Positions 1 through 8,470 of a DNA stretch of 64,000 nt are shown one piece after another. A program made the position numbers and the translations under genes. How positions within the stretch are numbered: position 1 is the first letter of the stretch; every line of letters begins with the position of its first letter. The notes below the pieces were generated by a model. That model saw only the letters and a list, made by a program, of their open reading frames with translations. It was not told the origin of the DNA and searched no databases. The stretch comes from an uncultured Gemmatimonadales bacterium (GTDB taxonomy: Bacteria > Gemmatimonadota > Gemmatimonadetes > Longimicrobiales > Longimicrobiaceae), in assembly GCA_963716255.1 (NCBI GenBank), contig OY970303.1, positions 6,912,001 through 6,976,000 of the forward strand, read 5' to 3'.

Positions 1-1
1 T

Positions 2-781
2 CCCGTCGGCGTCGAGCGCATCGCGGCGTACGGGCCGGCCGCCGGGCCCGTCACCGTCCACGCCCGCGAGCGGTCCGGCGACGGCGAGAATTTCGTGTGG
101 GACGTGGTGGTGGCGGACGGCGAGGGGCGGGTCGCCGAGCGGTGGGACGGGCTGCGGCTCCGCCGCGTGGCCGACCTGCCGGTGCGGGACGAGTGGCCGG
201 AAGCGCTCCTCGCGCCGTACCTGGAGCGCCGCATCGGCGAGCTCGCCCCCTCCGGTAGCGTCCGCGTCGCCCTGCACCCGGGCGGCGCCGGAAACGGCCG
301 GCGGCGCGGGAGCGACGCGGCGCTGGGCGAGGCGGCCGGCGGCGGGGCGGTGCTCCGCCGCCCGGACGGCAGGCCGGAGGTGCCCGGCGGGCCCATGGTG
401 TCCGCGTCGCACGGCCGCGCCGTCACGCTGGGGGTCGCCGGGCCCGGCGTGGGCGCCGACGTGGAGCGCGTGGTGCCCCGTGCGTCGGCGGCCTGGCGCG
501 GCCTGCTGGGCGCCGAGCGGCAGCGGCTGGCGGAGCGCGTCGCGGCGGAGTCCGGCGAGGACGGCGACACCGCCGCCACCCGGGTGTGGTGCGCGGGGGA
601 AAGCCTGAAGAAGGGGGGCGTCGCGCCCGACGCGCCGCTGGTGCTGGCCTCGGCCTCCGCGGACGGCTGGGTTGTGCTGCGCTCCGGCCCGCGGGTGATC
701 CCCACCTACGCGGCGCGGGTGCGGGGCGAGGGGCCGCTCGCCCTGGCAGTGGCGATGGAGCCGGACGGAAGCGGAGGGTAG
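2..781 (+). CDS. pksE: 3' end of enediyne-type iterative type I PKS (PksE-like): DH C-terminal part + C-terminal 4'-phosphopantetheinyl transferase domain; 5'-truncated by window edge
   Basis: The frame is open from base 2: PVGVERI...VTVHARERSGDGENFVWDVVVADGEGRVAERWDGLRLRRV matches the PksE DH end. It continues with LLAPYLERR, RRPDGRPE, VSASH, GADVE and ATRVWCAGESLKK (PPTase motifs). An SgcE10-like TE lies two genes downstream. Confidence 0.85.
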   Translation, partial: PVGVERIAAYGPAAGPVTVHARERSGDGENFVWDVVVADGEGRVAERWDGLRLRRVADLPVRDEWPEALLAPYLERRIGELAPSGSVRVALHPGGAGNGRRRGSDAALGEAAGGGAVLRRPDGRPEVPGGPMVSASHGRAVTLGVAGPGVGADVERVVPRASAAWRGLLGAERQRLAERVAAESGEDGDTAATRVWCAGESLKKGGVAPDAPLVLASASADGWVVLRSGPRVIPTYAARVRGEGPLALAVAMEPDGSGG

Positions 782-820
782 GGCGAACCACACAGGGCCC
801 CCAACGGGGCGGGAGGAGCC

Positions 821-1351
821 ATGGCACACGTCGCCGTCGCGGAGGGGAGGCCGGGGATCGTCGGCCTGCTGGAGGGCTACCCGGAGACCGGGACGCTGCT
901 GAACGGCCTGGCGCAGGCGCTCCTGCGCACCGCCGACGGGCTGAGCCCCGCCGAGCGGGAGCTGATCGCCGCCCACGTGTCGTCGCTGAACCGCTGCGTC
1001 TTCTGCACCGCCGCGCACGCCGCGGCCGCGCGCCACCTGCTGGGGGACGCGGCCGCGGTGGAGGCGGTGACCCGCGACGGGGGCGGCCTCCAGGCGAGCC
1101 CCAGGCTCCGCGCGCTCCTGGCGATCGCGGCGCGCGTGCAGCGGGGCGGGCGGGAGGTGGGCGACGACGACGTGCGCGCGGCGCGCGCGGAGGGGGCGAC
1201 CGACCGCGAGATCCACGACACCGTCCTGATCGCCGCCGCCTTCTGCATGTACAACCGCTACGTGGACGGCCTGGCGACCTGGGCGCCCGACGACCCGGCC
1301 GCCTACGACCAGATCGGGGCGCACCTGGCCGCGCATGGCTACGGCGGCTGA
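821..1351 (+). CDS. AhpD/carboxymuconolactone decarboxylase family peroxidase-related protein
   Basis: LSPAERELIAAHVSSLNRCVFCTAAH (CxxC + His), FCMYNRYVDGL; GGAGGAG RBS. Confidence 0.85.
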   Translation: MAHVAVAEGRPGIVGLLEGYPETGTLLNGLAQALLRTADGLSPAERELIAAHVSSLNRCVFCTAAHAAAARHLLGDAAAVEAVTRDGGGLQASPRLRALLAIAARVQRGGREVGDDDVRAARAEGATDREIHDTVLIAAAFCMYNRYVDGLATWAPDDPAAYDQIGAHLAAHGYGG

Positions 1352-1808
1352 CGCGGCCGTCCCCGCCCCGCCGCTTCTCCGGGGGGACGCGCCCGCCTAC
1401 GAGTACCGGCACGTGGTGGGGTTCGAGGAAACCAACCTGGTGGGCAACGTCTACTACGCCAACCACGTGCGCTGGCAGGGGCGGGTCCGGGAGATGTTCC
1501 TGCGCGACCGCGCGCCGGAGGTGCTGGAGGCGCTGGCGGACGGCCTGGCGCTGGTCACCACGCGCGTGTCGTGCGAGTACTTCGCCGAGCTGGCCGCCTT
1601 CGACGAGGTGGTCGTCCGCATGCGGCTGGGCGCCATCGCCCAGAACCGGGTGGGGATGCGCTTCGAGTACTGGCGCCGCCGCGCGGAGGGCGAGGTGCTG
1701 GCCGCCCGCGGCGAGCAGGAGGTGGCGTGCATGCGCCGCGAGGGGGGCGCGCTGGTGCCCGCCCCGGTCCCCGCCGCGCTGCGGGCGGCGCTCCTGCCGT
1801 ACGGCTGA
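1335..1808 (+). CDS. Enediyne-associated hot-dog fold thioesterase (SgcE10/CalE7/DynE7-like)
   Basis: YEYRHVVGFEETNLVGNVYYANHVRWQGRVREMFL and LARGEQEVACMRR...PAPVPAALRAAL, characteristic of PksE-partner TEs. Confidence 0.9.
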   Translation: MATAADAAVPAPPLLRGDAPAYEYRHVVGFEETNLVGNVYYANHVRWQGRVREMFLRDRAPEVLEALADGLALVTTRVSCEYFAELAAFDEVVVRMRLGAIAQNRVGMRFEYWRRRAEGEVLAARGEQEVACMRREGGALVPAPVPAALRAALLPYG

Positions 1809-1886
1809 CCGGGCGGAGCAGGCTCCCCGGGCGCCTCGGCCGCCGATCCGTTTCCCATGCTCATCCCGCGACAAGGAGCACCACAA

Positions 1887-3095
1887 ATGGCACAGTCGCA
1901 GACCCTGGAAGAGCTCTTCGGGCGCAGCGCGAAGCGGGCCGCGAACGCGGAGCTGGCGCTGGACGTGACGGACTTCGTGGACGGCACGTACGTGGTGGAG
2001 CCCCGCGTGGAGATCAAGGCACGGGCCAGGGAGCCGCAGTCCGTGCCCCTGCGCCTCCGGCCGGGGGAGCGCCTGAAGGTCGCCGTGACCTCGGGAAAGG
2101 CGGAGGTCCGCCGGGACCGGTACACCGGGCAGCTGCTGATCACGCCCGCCGGGGACGAGCCGGTCTCGGCGCGCGCCACGGCGTCCGCCCGCCTCCGGTC
2201 CGGGGCGCTGGAGCTCGTCTCGCCCGAGGAGCCGATCGGCATCTCCGGCGACCGCATCTCCGCCGCCGAGGGGAGGATCGTGCTGGCCGGCGGGGGCGCC
2301 TGCGCCAGCCAGCTCATGACGGCCGGCATCGCCGTGGAGGTCCGGGTTCGCGCCGCCGTCATGGCGAACGTCATCCCCCGCTCCGAGACCGAGCGGCGCA
2401 TCAACTGGAAGCACGCGACCTACTTCGCCTTCGACGCCAACGTGGGGCTCATGCGCCTCACCTACAACCCGGACCGGCAGTCGCGCCTGGAGATGCGCGC
2501 GCAGGCCTCGAAGCGGAGGCTGAAGGTCAACGAGTTCTTCCCCGGCACGGGGCGCAACCAGCTGTACTTCCTCCTGGAGTTCCTGGACCTGGGGGTCACG
2601 GCCTTCAACCCGGACCCCATGGTGCAGACGGTGGAGCGGATCGACTGGCCGCCCTTCACCCAGGTGCTGGGAATCGACCGGCCGGTGGACTTCGTCGACG
2701 TGGAGGACCCCGGCCGCGTGGTCCTGCGCCTGGAGAAGCAGACCATGCACCTGTACGACTACAACTCCATCGACGTGGAGCTCCTGGGCCGCAAGATCAC
2801 CCGCGACGGACGGCTGGTGACCCGGTGGAGGATCGGCAACCAGGCCAGGGTCCCCATCCGCTCGCGCTGGTTCGCGCTCGGCGACTTCGCGCGGGGCGGC
2901 ACCCCGGCGGAGGGGAACCGGATGCTGGGGCCGGTGGGCTCGGGGTGGGACCGCTTCGAGTTCGAGTGGGAGGCGCCGGTGCGGAAGTCCACGCTGCGCC
3001 AGTCCGTCAGCATGAACGTGGTGAGCCTCACGGAGCCGGTGGTGGCCGGGATCCACCGGCTGGACTTCCACTACCCCGAGCCGTCCCGGCAGTAG
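1887..3095 (+). CDS. Hypothetical beta-rich protein (remote similarity to 7432..8451 C-terminal domain)
   Basis: AAGGAG RBS before ATG 1887, strong GC3 codon bias, normal amino-acid composition. Confidence 0.75.
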   Translation: MAQSQTLEELFGRSAKRAANAELALDVTDFVDGTYVVEPRVEIKARAREPQSVPLRLRPGERLKVAVTSGKAEVRRDRYTGQLLITPAGDEPVSARATASARLRSGALELVSPEEPIGISGDRISAAEGRIVLAGGGACASQLMTAGIAVEVRVRAAVMANVIPRSETERRINWKHATYFAFDANVGLMRLTYNPDRQSRLEMRAQASKRRLKVNEFFPGTGRNQLYFLLEFLDLGVTAFNPDPMVQTVERIDWPPFTQVLGIDRPVDFVDVEDPGRVVLRLEKQTMHLYDYNSIDVELLGRKITRDGRLVTRWRIGNQARVPIRSRWFALGDFARGGTPAEGNRMLGPVGSGWDRFEFEWEAPVRKSTLRQSVSMNVVSLTEPVVAGIHRLDFHYPEPSRQ

Positions 3096-3099
3096 CGCC

Positions 3100-4281
3100 A
3101 TGCGTTCCGGGGAGGTCGAGGGGGTGGACACGCCCCCGGGGCGGTGGGCCGCCCTCCTCAAGCTGGACGTGGCGGGGGATAGCCGCGCGGAGGGAGTGGC
3201 CGCGCTGCGCGCCGTGGGCGAGGTGCTGGGCCGCGCAGGGCGGGCGGGGAGCGGCCGCGGAGCGACCGCCCTGGTGGGGTTCTCCGCGCGCTTCTTCCGC
3301 GGCCCCCTCCGCCGCGGGCGCGACGAGTCGGGAGGCCCGGCGACCCGTTTCGGGATCACCGCGCCGGTGCCCCCCTGCCTGCGGCGGATGGATGCCCGGG
3401 GCGACGAGCGCTTCGCGGCGCTCGCCGGCGACCCGTGCCTGGCCGGGTGCGAATCGGACCTCCTGGTCCTGGCGGAGGCGCACACCGCGGCGGAGCGCCG
3501 GACGCTGAGGCGGATCGTGCGGGAGACCGCCGCGCTGCGCTGCGTGCGCCTGAACGCCGTGGAGCACGGGGCGAGGCGCGCCGACGGACGCGGCCCCGAC
3601 GGGTACCGCGACGGGGTGAGCAACCTGCAGGACCTCCGCAGGACGGAGCGGGAGCGCTACCGGCGCTACGTGTACGCGGGGGAGGACGACGCCGGGAGTC
3701 CCGCCCTGGCGGGGGGGACGTACCTGGTCTACCGCAAGTACGTGGAGCACCTGGACCGGTGGCTCTCGGACTCGTTCACGGTGGTGGACGCGCAGGGGAA
3801 GGCGCACGTGGGGGAGGCGGCGCGGGAGCGTGCCATGGGGCGCGCGGCCGGGGACGGCAGGGTGGTGCACCGGGAGAGCGGCGAGGCGCTGGCCCCCCAG
3901 CCCGACTGCGCCGAGGGGCGCTTCGCCCCGGACGAGTCGCACGTGCGGCACGCCAACCCGCGCGGCGAGGGGCACACGCAGTTCGGCGCGCCGGTGTGCC
4001 CCCGCGACGTCCGGATCCTGCGCCGCAGCTTCCCGTTCCGGGATACCGACCCGGCGACCGGCAGGGTGCGGAGGGGGCTCCTCTTCCTCTGCTTCCAGGC
4101 GAACATCCAGGAGCGCGGGTTCGAGTACGTCCACAACCACTGGCTGATGGCCGCGGGCTTCCTGGGGTGCCGCGACGCGTTCCTGGACCCCGCGGCGGGG
4201 GTGATCGAGCCCGTGGACGGGTGCTACTACTTCGTCCCTCCCGCCGGTGGGGGGAGCTTTCCGGGGGCGCCGTTCTTCTGA
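3100..4281 (+). CDS. Dye-decolorizing (DyP-type) heme peroxidase
   Basis: GYRDGVSN (GxxDG), SHVRHANPR (proximal His), ILRRSFPF, GLLFLCFQ. Confidence 0.85.
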   Translation: MRSGEVEGVDTPPGRWAALLKLDVAGDSRAEGVAALRAVGEVLGRAGRAGSGRGATALVGFSARFFRGPLRRGRDESGGPATRFGITAPVPPCLRRMDARGDERFAALAGDPCLAGCESDLLVLAEAHTAAERRTLRRIVRETAALRCVRLNAVEHGARRADGRGPDGYRDGVSNLQDLRRTERERYRRYVYAGEDDAGSPALAGGTYLVYRKYVEHLDRWLSDSFTVVDAQGKAHVGEAARERAMGRAAGDGRVVHRESGEALAPQPDCAEGRFAPDESHVRHANPRGEGHTQFGAPVCPRDVRILRRSFPFRDTDPATGRVRRGLLFLCFQANIQERGFEYVHNHWLMAAGFLGCRDAFLDPAAGVIEPVDGCYYFVPPAGGGSFPGAPFF

Positions 4282-4296
4282 ACGGGGACGGCCGGG

Positions 4297-4740
4297 TCAG
4301 CCGGTGGCGAGTACCCGCGCCAGCGCCGCGGTGAAGTGCTCCCATCCCGCCCGGACCTGCTCCCGGGCCTCGCGGCCGGCGGGGGTGTCCGCGTAGGGGC
4401 CGTGGGTGAGGGTCAGCCGGGTGCCGCCCCCGGAGAGCGCCCGGAAGGCGACGCGGACCTCGCGGTCGGGCGCCTCCGGCTCGTGCTCCCACCGCCAGGT
4501 GAAGCGCAGCAGCGCCGCCGGCTCCAGCTCCATGATGCGGCCCGCGAGGCGCCACCCCATGGAGGGCCAGCCGAGGAGGTACGCCCCACCGGGGCGGGGC
4601 TCCACCTCGGCGGCCTGCGGCCACCAGAGGCAGAGACGCCCGGGGTCGATCCAGTGGTCGAAGAGGTCCCCCGGGGCGGTCCCGGGGAAGTCGCCCGCGA
4701 GCGACAGGTACTCTCCCCTGTCCGGAATCTCCTGGAGCAT
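4297..4740 (-). CDS. SRPBCC/AHSA1 (START-like) domain protein
   Basis: LFDHWIDPGRLCLWW...EPRPGGAY...LRFTWRWE...GTRLTLTH...AGWEHF pattern; start chosen at ATG 4740. Confidence 0.8.
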   Translation of the reverse strand: MLQEIPDRGEYLSLAGDFPGTAPGDLFDHWIDPGRLCLWWPQAAEVEPRPGGAYLLGWPSMGWRLAGRIMELEPAALLRFTWRWEHEPEAPDREVRVAFRALSGGGTRLTLTHGPYADTPAGREAREQVRAGWEHFTAALARVLATG

Positions 4741-4882
4741 CGCGTCCCGGGAGTGAGGGTAGCCGGAAATCGTCCGCCCGCCGGGCGGACGGGGCCTCCG
4801 CAAGCTAGCGCGGGCCGGGGCACGGAGCCAGCGGGATCCCGCTGCCGCCGGAGTGTGTGCATCCACCACGAGGGGAGCAGCC

Positions 4883-5779
4883 ATGTACACGTTCAACGAG
4901 GAGCTGTCCGCCCCCGTGGGGACCGTCCATTCCACCACGCTGGACGCGAGCGGGGAAGCGGTGGGCGGCGAGTGCCGGCCTCCCACGCTGGCCTCGCGCC
5001 GGCAGGCGGTGGAGCGGGCCATCCGCATGATGCGGGAGCGCTACCCGGACCCGCTTTCCCTGGACGACATGGCGCGGGCGGCGTTCTTCAGCCGCTACCA
5101 CTTCAACCGCATGTTCCGGCACCTCACCGGGCTCCCGCCGGGGCGCTTCCTGGCCGCGATCCGGCTGGAGGCCGCCAAGCGGCTCCTCCTGACCACGCGG
5201 TTCAGCATCACCGCCGTGTGCTTCGAGGTGGGCTACAACAGCGTGGGCACCTTCACCAGCCACTTCACCGAGTACGTGGGCATTCCGCCGCACCGCCTGC
5301 GGCACGTCCCGCGGGAGATGCTGGAGCGCGTGCTGGGGCTGGCGCGCAGCCGTCCGCCGGCCGCGCCGCGGGAGCCCGGCACCGGCCTCGCGGCGACGCT
5401 GCGCCTGGCCGCGCCCGCCGACTCCAGCGGGCCCGTGTTCGTGGGTCTGTTCGCCACGCCGGTGCCCCGGGGGCGGCCGCTGGCCTGCGTGGTGGCCGAG
5501 GGCCCGGGCGAGGTGTCGCTCCCCCTCCGGGAGGAGGGGTGCTGGGCCTTCGCGGTGCGCATTCCCGTGTGCGGCGACCCCGCCACCGCGCTGCTGTGCG
5601 AGAGCGCCCCGCGCGGCCGGGCGGGGCCGCTCGGCCCGGGGCGCGCCGCCGCCGCCGTGGAGCTGACGCTGCGCCCCCCGGAGCTGATGGACCCCCCCGT
5701 GCTCGTCGCGCTCCCGTTCCTCCTCGCCGACCGGCTGGAGGAGGGCCATGCCCCCGCCGCCGCTCCGCTCGTCGCCTGA
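4883..5779 (+). CDS. AraC-family transcriptional regulator (N-terminal HTH pair)
   Basis: LSLDDMARAAFFSRYHFNRMF...RLEAAKRLL...VCFEVGYNSVGTFTSHF; AGGGGAG RBS before ATG 4883. Confidence 0.9.
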   Translation: MYTFNEELSAPVGTVHSTTLDASGEAVGGECRPPTLASRRQAVERAIRMMRERYPDPLSLDDMARAAFFSRYHFNRMFRHLTGLPPGRFLAAIRLEAAKRLLLTTRFSITAVCFEVGYNSVGTFTSHFTEYVGIPPHRLRHVPREMLERVLGLARSRPPAAPREPGTGLAATLRLAAPADSSGPVFVGLFATPVPRGRPLACVVAEGPGEVSLPLREEGCWAFAVRIPVCGDPATALLCESAPRGRAGPLGPGRAAAAVELTLRPPELMDPPVLVALPFLLADRLEEGHAPAAAPLVA

Positions 5780-6233
5780 GCCCGCGCCCGTCGCGGAGGC
5801 CGGCCTGCGCGTGCCGGCGGCGGCGCTGGGCGCCGTGCGGGCGCACGCGGCCGCGGCGTACCCGGAGGAGTGCTGCGGCTTCCTGCTGGGGCGGGAGCCG
5901 GACGGGGCGCGCGCGGTGGTGCGCGCCGTCCCGGCCGAGAACCGCTGGGAGGGCGGCCGGGGCGCGCGCTTCCTGATCCCGGCGGACGCGGTGCGCCGGG
6001 CGGAGGCGGAGGCCGCGCGGGAGGGGCTGGCGCTGGTGGGCTTCTACCACTCCCACCCGGACGGGCGGGCGGAGCCCTCCGGCCTGGACCGGGAGCACGC
6101 GTGGCCCTGGTACAGCTACCTGATCGTGGCGGCGGGGCGGGACGGGGCGGGGGAGGCGCGCAGCTGGCGCCTGCGCGACGACCGCTCGGGGTTCCGGGCC
6201 GAGGACGTCCTTTTCACCGGGGAGGAGCCATGA
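5748..6233 (+). CDS. JAB/JAMM (M67, Mec-like) metalloprotease
   Basis: YPEECCGFLLG and GFYHSHPDGRAEPSGLD (E...HxH-x7-S-x2-D JAMM motif). Confidence 0.9.
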   Translation: MPPPPLRSSPEPAPVAEAGLRVPAAALGAVRAHAAAAYPEECCGFLLGREPDGARAVVRAVPAENRWEGGRGARFLIPADAVRRAEAEAAREGLALVGFYHSHPDGRAEPSGLDREHAWPWYSYLIVAAGRDGAGEARSWRLRDDRSGFRAEDVLFTGEEP

Positions 6234-6520
6234 GCGTACGGGTGCGGATTCCCATGGCGCTGCGGGCGTACGCCGGCCAGCGCGACGAGGTGGAGGTCCC
6301 GGCGGCCACGGTGGGAGACGCCCTGGCGCGCCTCGCCGAGCGCTACCCGCAGCTGGGGCGCCACCTCCTGGGCGACGACGGGCGCGTGCGCAGCTTCGTC
6401 GGCGTGTTCCTGAACGACGACGACGTGCGGCACCTGGGCGGCGCGGGCGCCGCGGTGTCCCCCGGCGACGTGGTGACCCTGGTTCCCAGCGTCGCGGGAG
6501 GGACCAGCCACCCCGCGTGA
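6230..6520 (+). CDS. MoaD/ThiS/CysO-family ubiquitin-like sulfur carrier with 5-aa extension after di-Gly
   Basis: MSVRVRIPMALRAYAG...FVGVFLNDDDVRHL...GDVVTLVPSVAGG-TSHPA*; ATGA overlap with JAB gene. Confidence 0.9.
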   Translation: MSVRVRIPMALRAYAGQRDEVEVPAATVGDALARLAERYPQLGRHLLGDDGRVRSFVGVFLNDDDVRHLGGAGAAVSPGDVVTLVPSVAGGTSHPA

Positions 6521-6648
6521 GGGTCCTCACCCGGCGGCCTTGGAGCCGCCACCCTCTCCCGGTTCTGGGAGAGGGGGCCGACTGCGGGTCCGGTGTAGTG
6601 CTCCCCCTCTCCCGCTTGCGGGGGAGGGGGTCGGGGGGAGGGGGCCCC
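6520..6648 (-). repeat. REP-like palindromic element (paired CCCCTCTCCC...GGGAGAGGGG hairpins)
   Basis: Reverse complement resembles 24343..24456 and the in-frame copy 48618..48764. Confidence 0.75.
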
Positions 6649-6649
6649 A

Positions 6650-6799
6650 GCGGACGCCAGCGCGAACCCCGCGTGAGGGATTTCGGCCCGAAGGGGCGAG
6701 ACCCGCGGGCAGTTTCGCGGGGCTCGACTCCGTTAAGCAGCGTTGTCTGCTGCTTTACGGAGCCGAAGCCCGACCCCGGCGCCCGCCGGGGGCACGCCC
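6650..6799 (-). ncRNA. Structured dispersed repeat copy 1 (Flavo-1-like termini)
   Basis: Reverse complement reads GGGCGTGCCCCCGG...GGGGTCGGGCTTCGGCTCCGTA-AAGCAGC-AGACAAC-GCTGCTT-AACGGAG...CCCTTCGGGCCGAAATCCCTCACGC. Confidence 0.7.
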
Positions 6800-6922
6800 G
6801 AACCGTGCTTTTCACCCCCCGTCCCAAACCCCCGGCAAGCGAGCAACTGCGGAGAAGTGGCGCCCCCCTCCCGTCGCTACTCTCCACCGGACGGCAGAAA
6901 CCACCCGCCACCCCCTCACGCC

Positions 6923-7375
6923 ATGCCCACGAAGACCCGCAAGCCGCCCGCGCCCGAAACGGTCTTCTCGTACGTCGGCAACGTGGGGTGCATCCGCTTC
7001 CCGCCCCCGGTCCGCAAGGCCTCGGGGATCAAACGGGGGGACCGGCTGGCGATGACGGTCGGCGAGGACGGGAGCATCGCCCTGGAGAAGCTGCAGGTGT
7101 CGGTGGCGACGCTCCGGGAATCGCTCGCCGTGGAAACGCTCGCCGTGGAGGGGTGCGCCTGCCAGAACCCCCCGGCTTCCTGCGCCGCCGGGGGGCCGGA
7201 GGTGCTGACGGTGGGATGGAGCTACGTCCGCCTGGGCGAGGCGCGCGCGACCGAGCTGGGCTTCCTCCCCGACGCGCCCATCCGGATGGTGGCCGAGCCG
7301 GAGAAGATCACCGTCTCCCTCCACCGTGACCCGCGGGACCTGGAGGGCGTTCCCAGGGTGGCGTGTCCTCCTTGA
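6923..7375 (+). CDS. Tandem AbrB/MazE/SpoVT(SymE)-like domain protein with Cys-containing linker
   Basis: GCIRFPPPVRKASGIKRGDRLAMTVGEDGSIALEK (AbrB-like); second unit VRLGEARATELGFLPDAPIRMVAEPEKITVS; linker CACQNPPASC. Confidence 0.6.
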   Translation: MPTKTRKPPAPETVFSYVGNVGCIRFPPPVRKASGIKRGDRLAMTVGEDGSIALEKLQVSVATLRESLAVETLAVEGCACQNPPASCAAGGPEVLTVGWSYVRLGEARATELGFLPDAPIRMVAEPEKITVSLHRDPRDLEGVPRVACPP

Positions 7376-7431
7376 GCGCGGTCCGCTCCACGTTCCCCTG
7401 TTCCACCGAACCACTCCACGAGGAGGCCACG

Positions 7432-8451
7432 ATGTCGATCCATCCGTACCGGAACGAATCCCTGATCCAGATGGAGACCTACTTCACCGATCCGCCCCGG
7501 GCCGAGGCGCTGGTGGGGCACGTGCGGGCGAAGTGGGCGCTCCTGCGCGAGCACGGGTACGCGGACGGGTACCCGGTGGAGGTGCTGCGCAGCGGCGGCA
7601 ACAACGGCGATCCCATCAAGGTGGTGGAGCTGTTCAAGTGGCGCTCGCGCCAGTCGCAGATGGAGGCGAGCAAGGACCCCGACTACGAGAAGCTGCTGCT
7701 CAACATCGCCACGCTCTCCAGCGCCGCCACGCAGCAGGACACGCTCACCGGCGTGGTCCGCGGCTTCAACACCAACTTCCCCCCCATCGGCGGGGTGGAG
7801 CTGCTGAAGGGGGTGTGCTCGTGCCTGCTGACGGTGGACGGGATGGTCGAGGACTACCCCATGAGCGTCAAGAACGGGATCGTGCTCATGCACCGCAGCC
7901 CCCGCATGGACCTGGACGGCGACGGCCGCAACGAGATGTACCTGAAGATCCTCATGCACGGCGGCGAGACCATCCAGGCCGCCCTGGGGCCCATCCGCGT
8001 GGAGCAGAACTTCGCCCGGCCCAACGACGGCCTGGTGAAGTCGGTGGGCGAGGGCGACCGGGACTTCCCGGCCATCGGGATCTGGCGGGTGTCGTGGAAG
8101 ATCCAGACGGCGATCGGCGCGGTGCTCACCGACCCCGACCAGCCGCTCATCTTCGGGCCGGCGCTGGTGGACCACTACCCGCCCGTGGGCACGCACTTCC
8201 ACGCCACCACCGGGCCGGTGAAGCTGGTGCTGGAGCGCACCGGCGAGACCGTGGGCAAGCTGGTCCCGGGCGAGCTGACGGCGTTCGACATCGTGGTCTC
8301 CAAGGACGACGAGATCTTCGCCGACATCCTCAACACGCCGCCGGAGGACCTGTTCGACATCTGGGAGGAGCACAAGCACCGGGCGCACGCCGCGGTCGAC
8401 GAGCGCCAGACGCTCCCCGACCTGGCGCCCGGACTGGCCGCGACCTACTGA
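7432..8451 (+). CDS. Hypothetical two-domain protein (C-terminal beta-rich domain)
   Basis: AGGAGG RBS before ATG 7432; strong codon bias; first gene of long tailoring operon. Confidence 0.8.
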   Translation: MSIHPYRNESLIQMETYFTDPPRAEALVGHVRAKWALLREHGYADGYPVEVLRSGGNNGDPIKVVELFKWRSRQSQMEASKDPDYEKLLLNIATLSSAATQQDTLTGVVRGFNTNFPPIGGVELLKGVCSCLLTVDGMVEDYPMSVKNGIVLMHRSPRMDLDGDGRNEMYLKILMHGGETIQAALGPIRVEQNFARPNDGLVKSVGEGDRDFPAIGIWRVSWKIQTAIGAVLTDPDQPLIFGPALVDHYPPVGTHFHATTGPVKLVLERTGETVGKLVPGELTAFDIVVSKDDEIFADILNTPPEDLFDIWEEHKHRAHAAVDERQTLPDLAPGLAATY

Positions 8452-8470
8452 CGGCGCGGAGCTCCGGCGC

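Noticed and set aside
5748..6520. JAB + ubiquitin-like pair as an antiphage ubiquitination system (CBASS/Bil-type)
   Set aside because: No E1/E2 or CD-NTase is nearby; the sequences are Mec/CysO-MoaD-like and the context is biosynthetic.
6923..7375. AbrB/SymE-like gene as part of a toxin-antitoxin module
   Set aside because: No adjacent PIN/MazF-type toxin; the downstream gene is a 339-aa unrelated protein.
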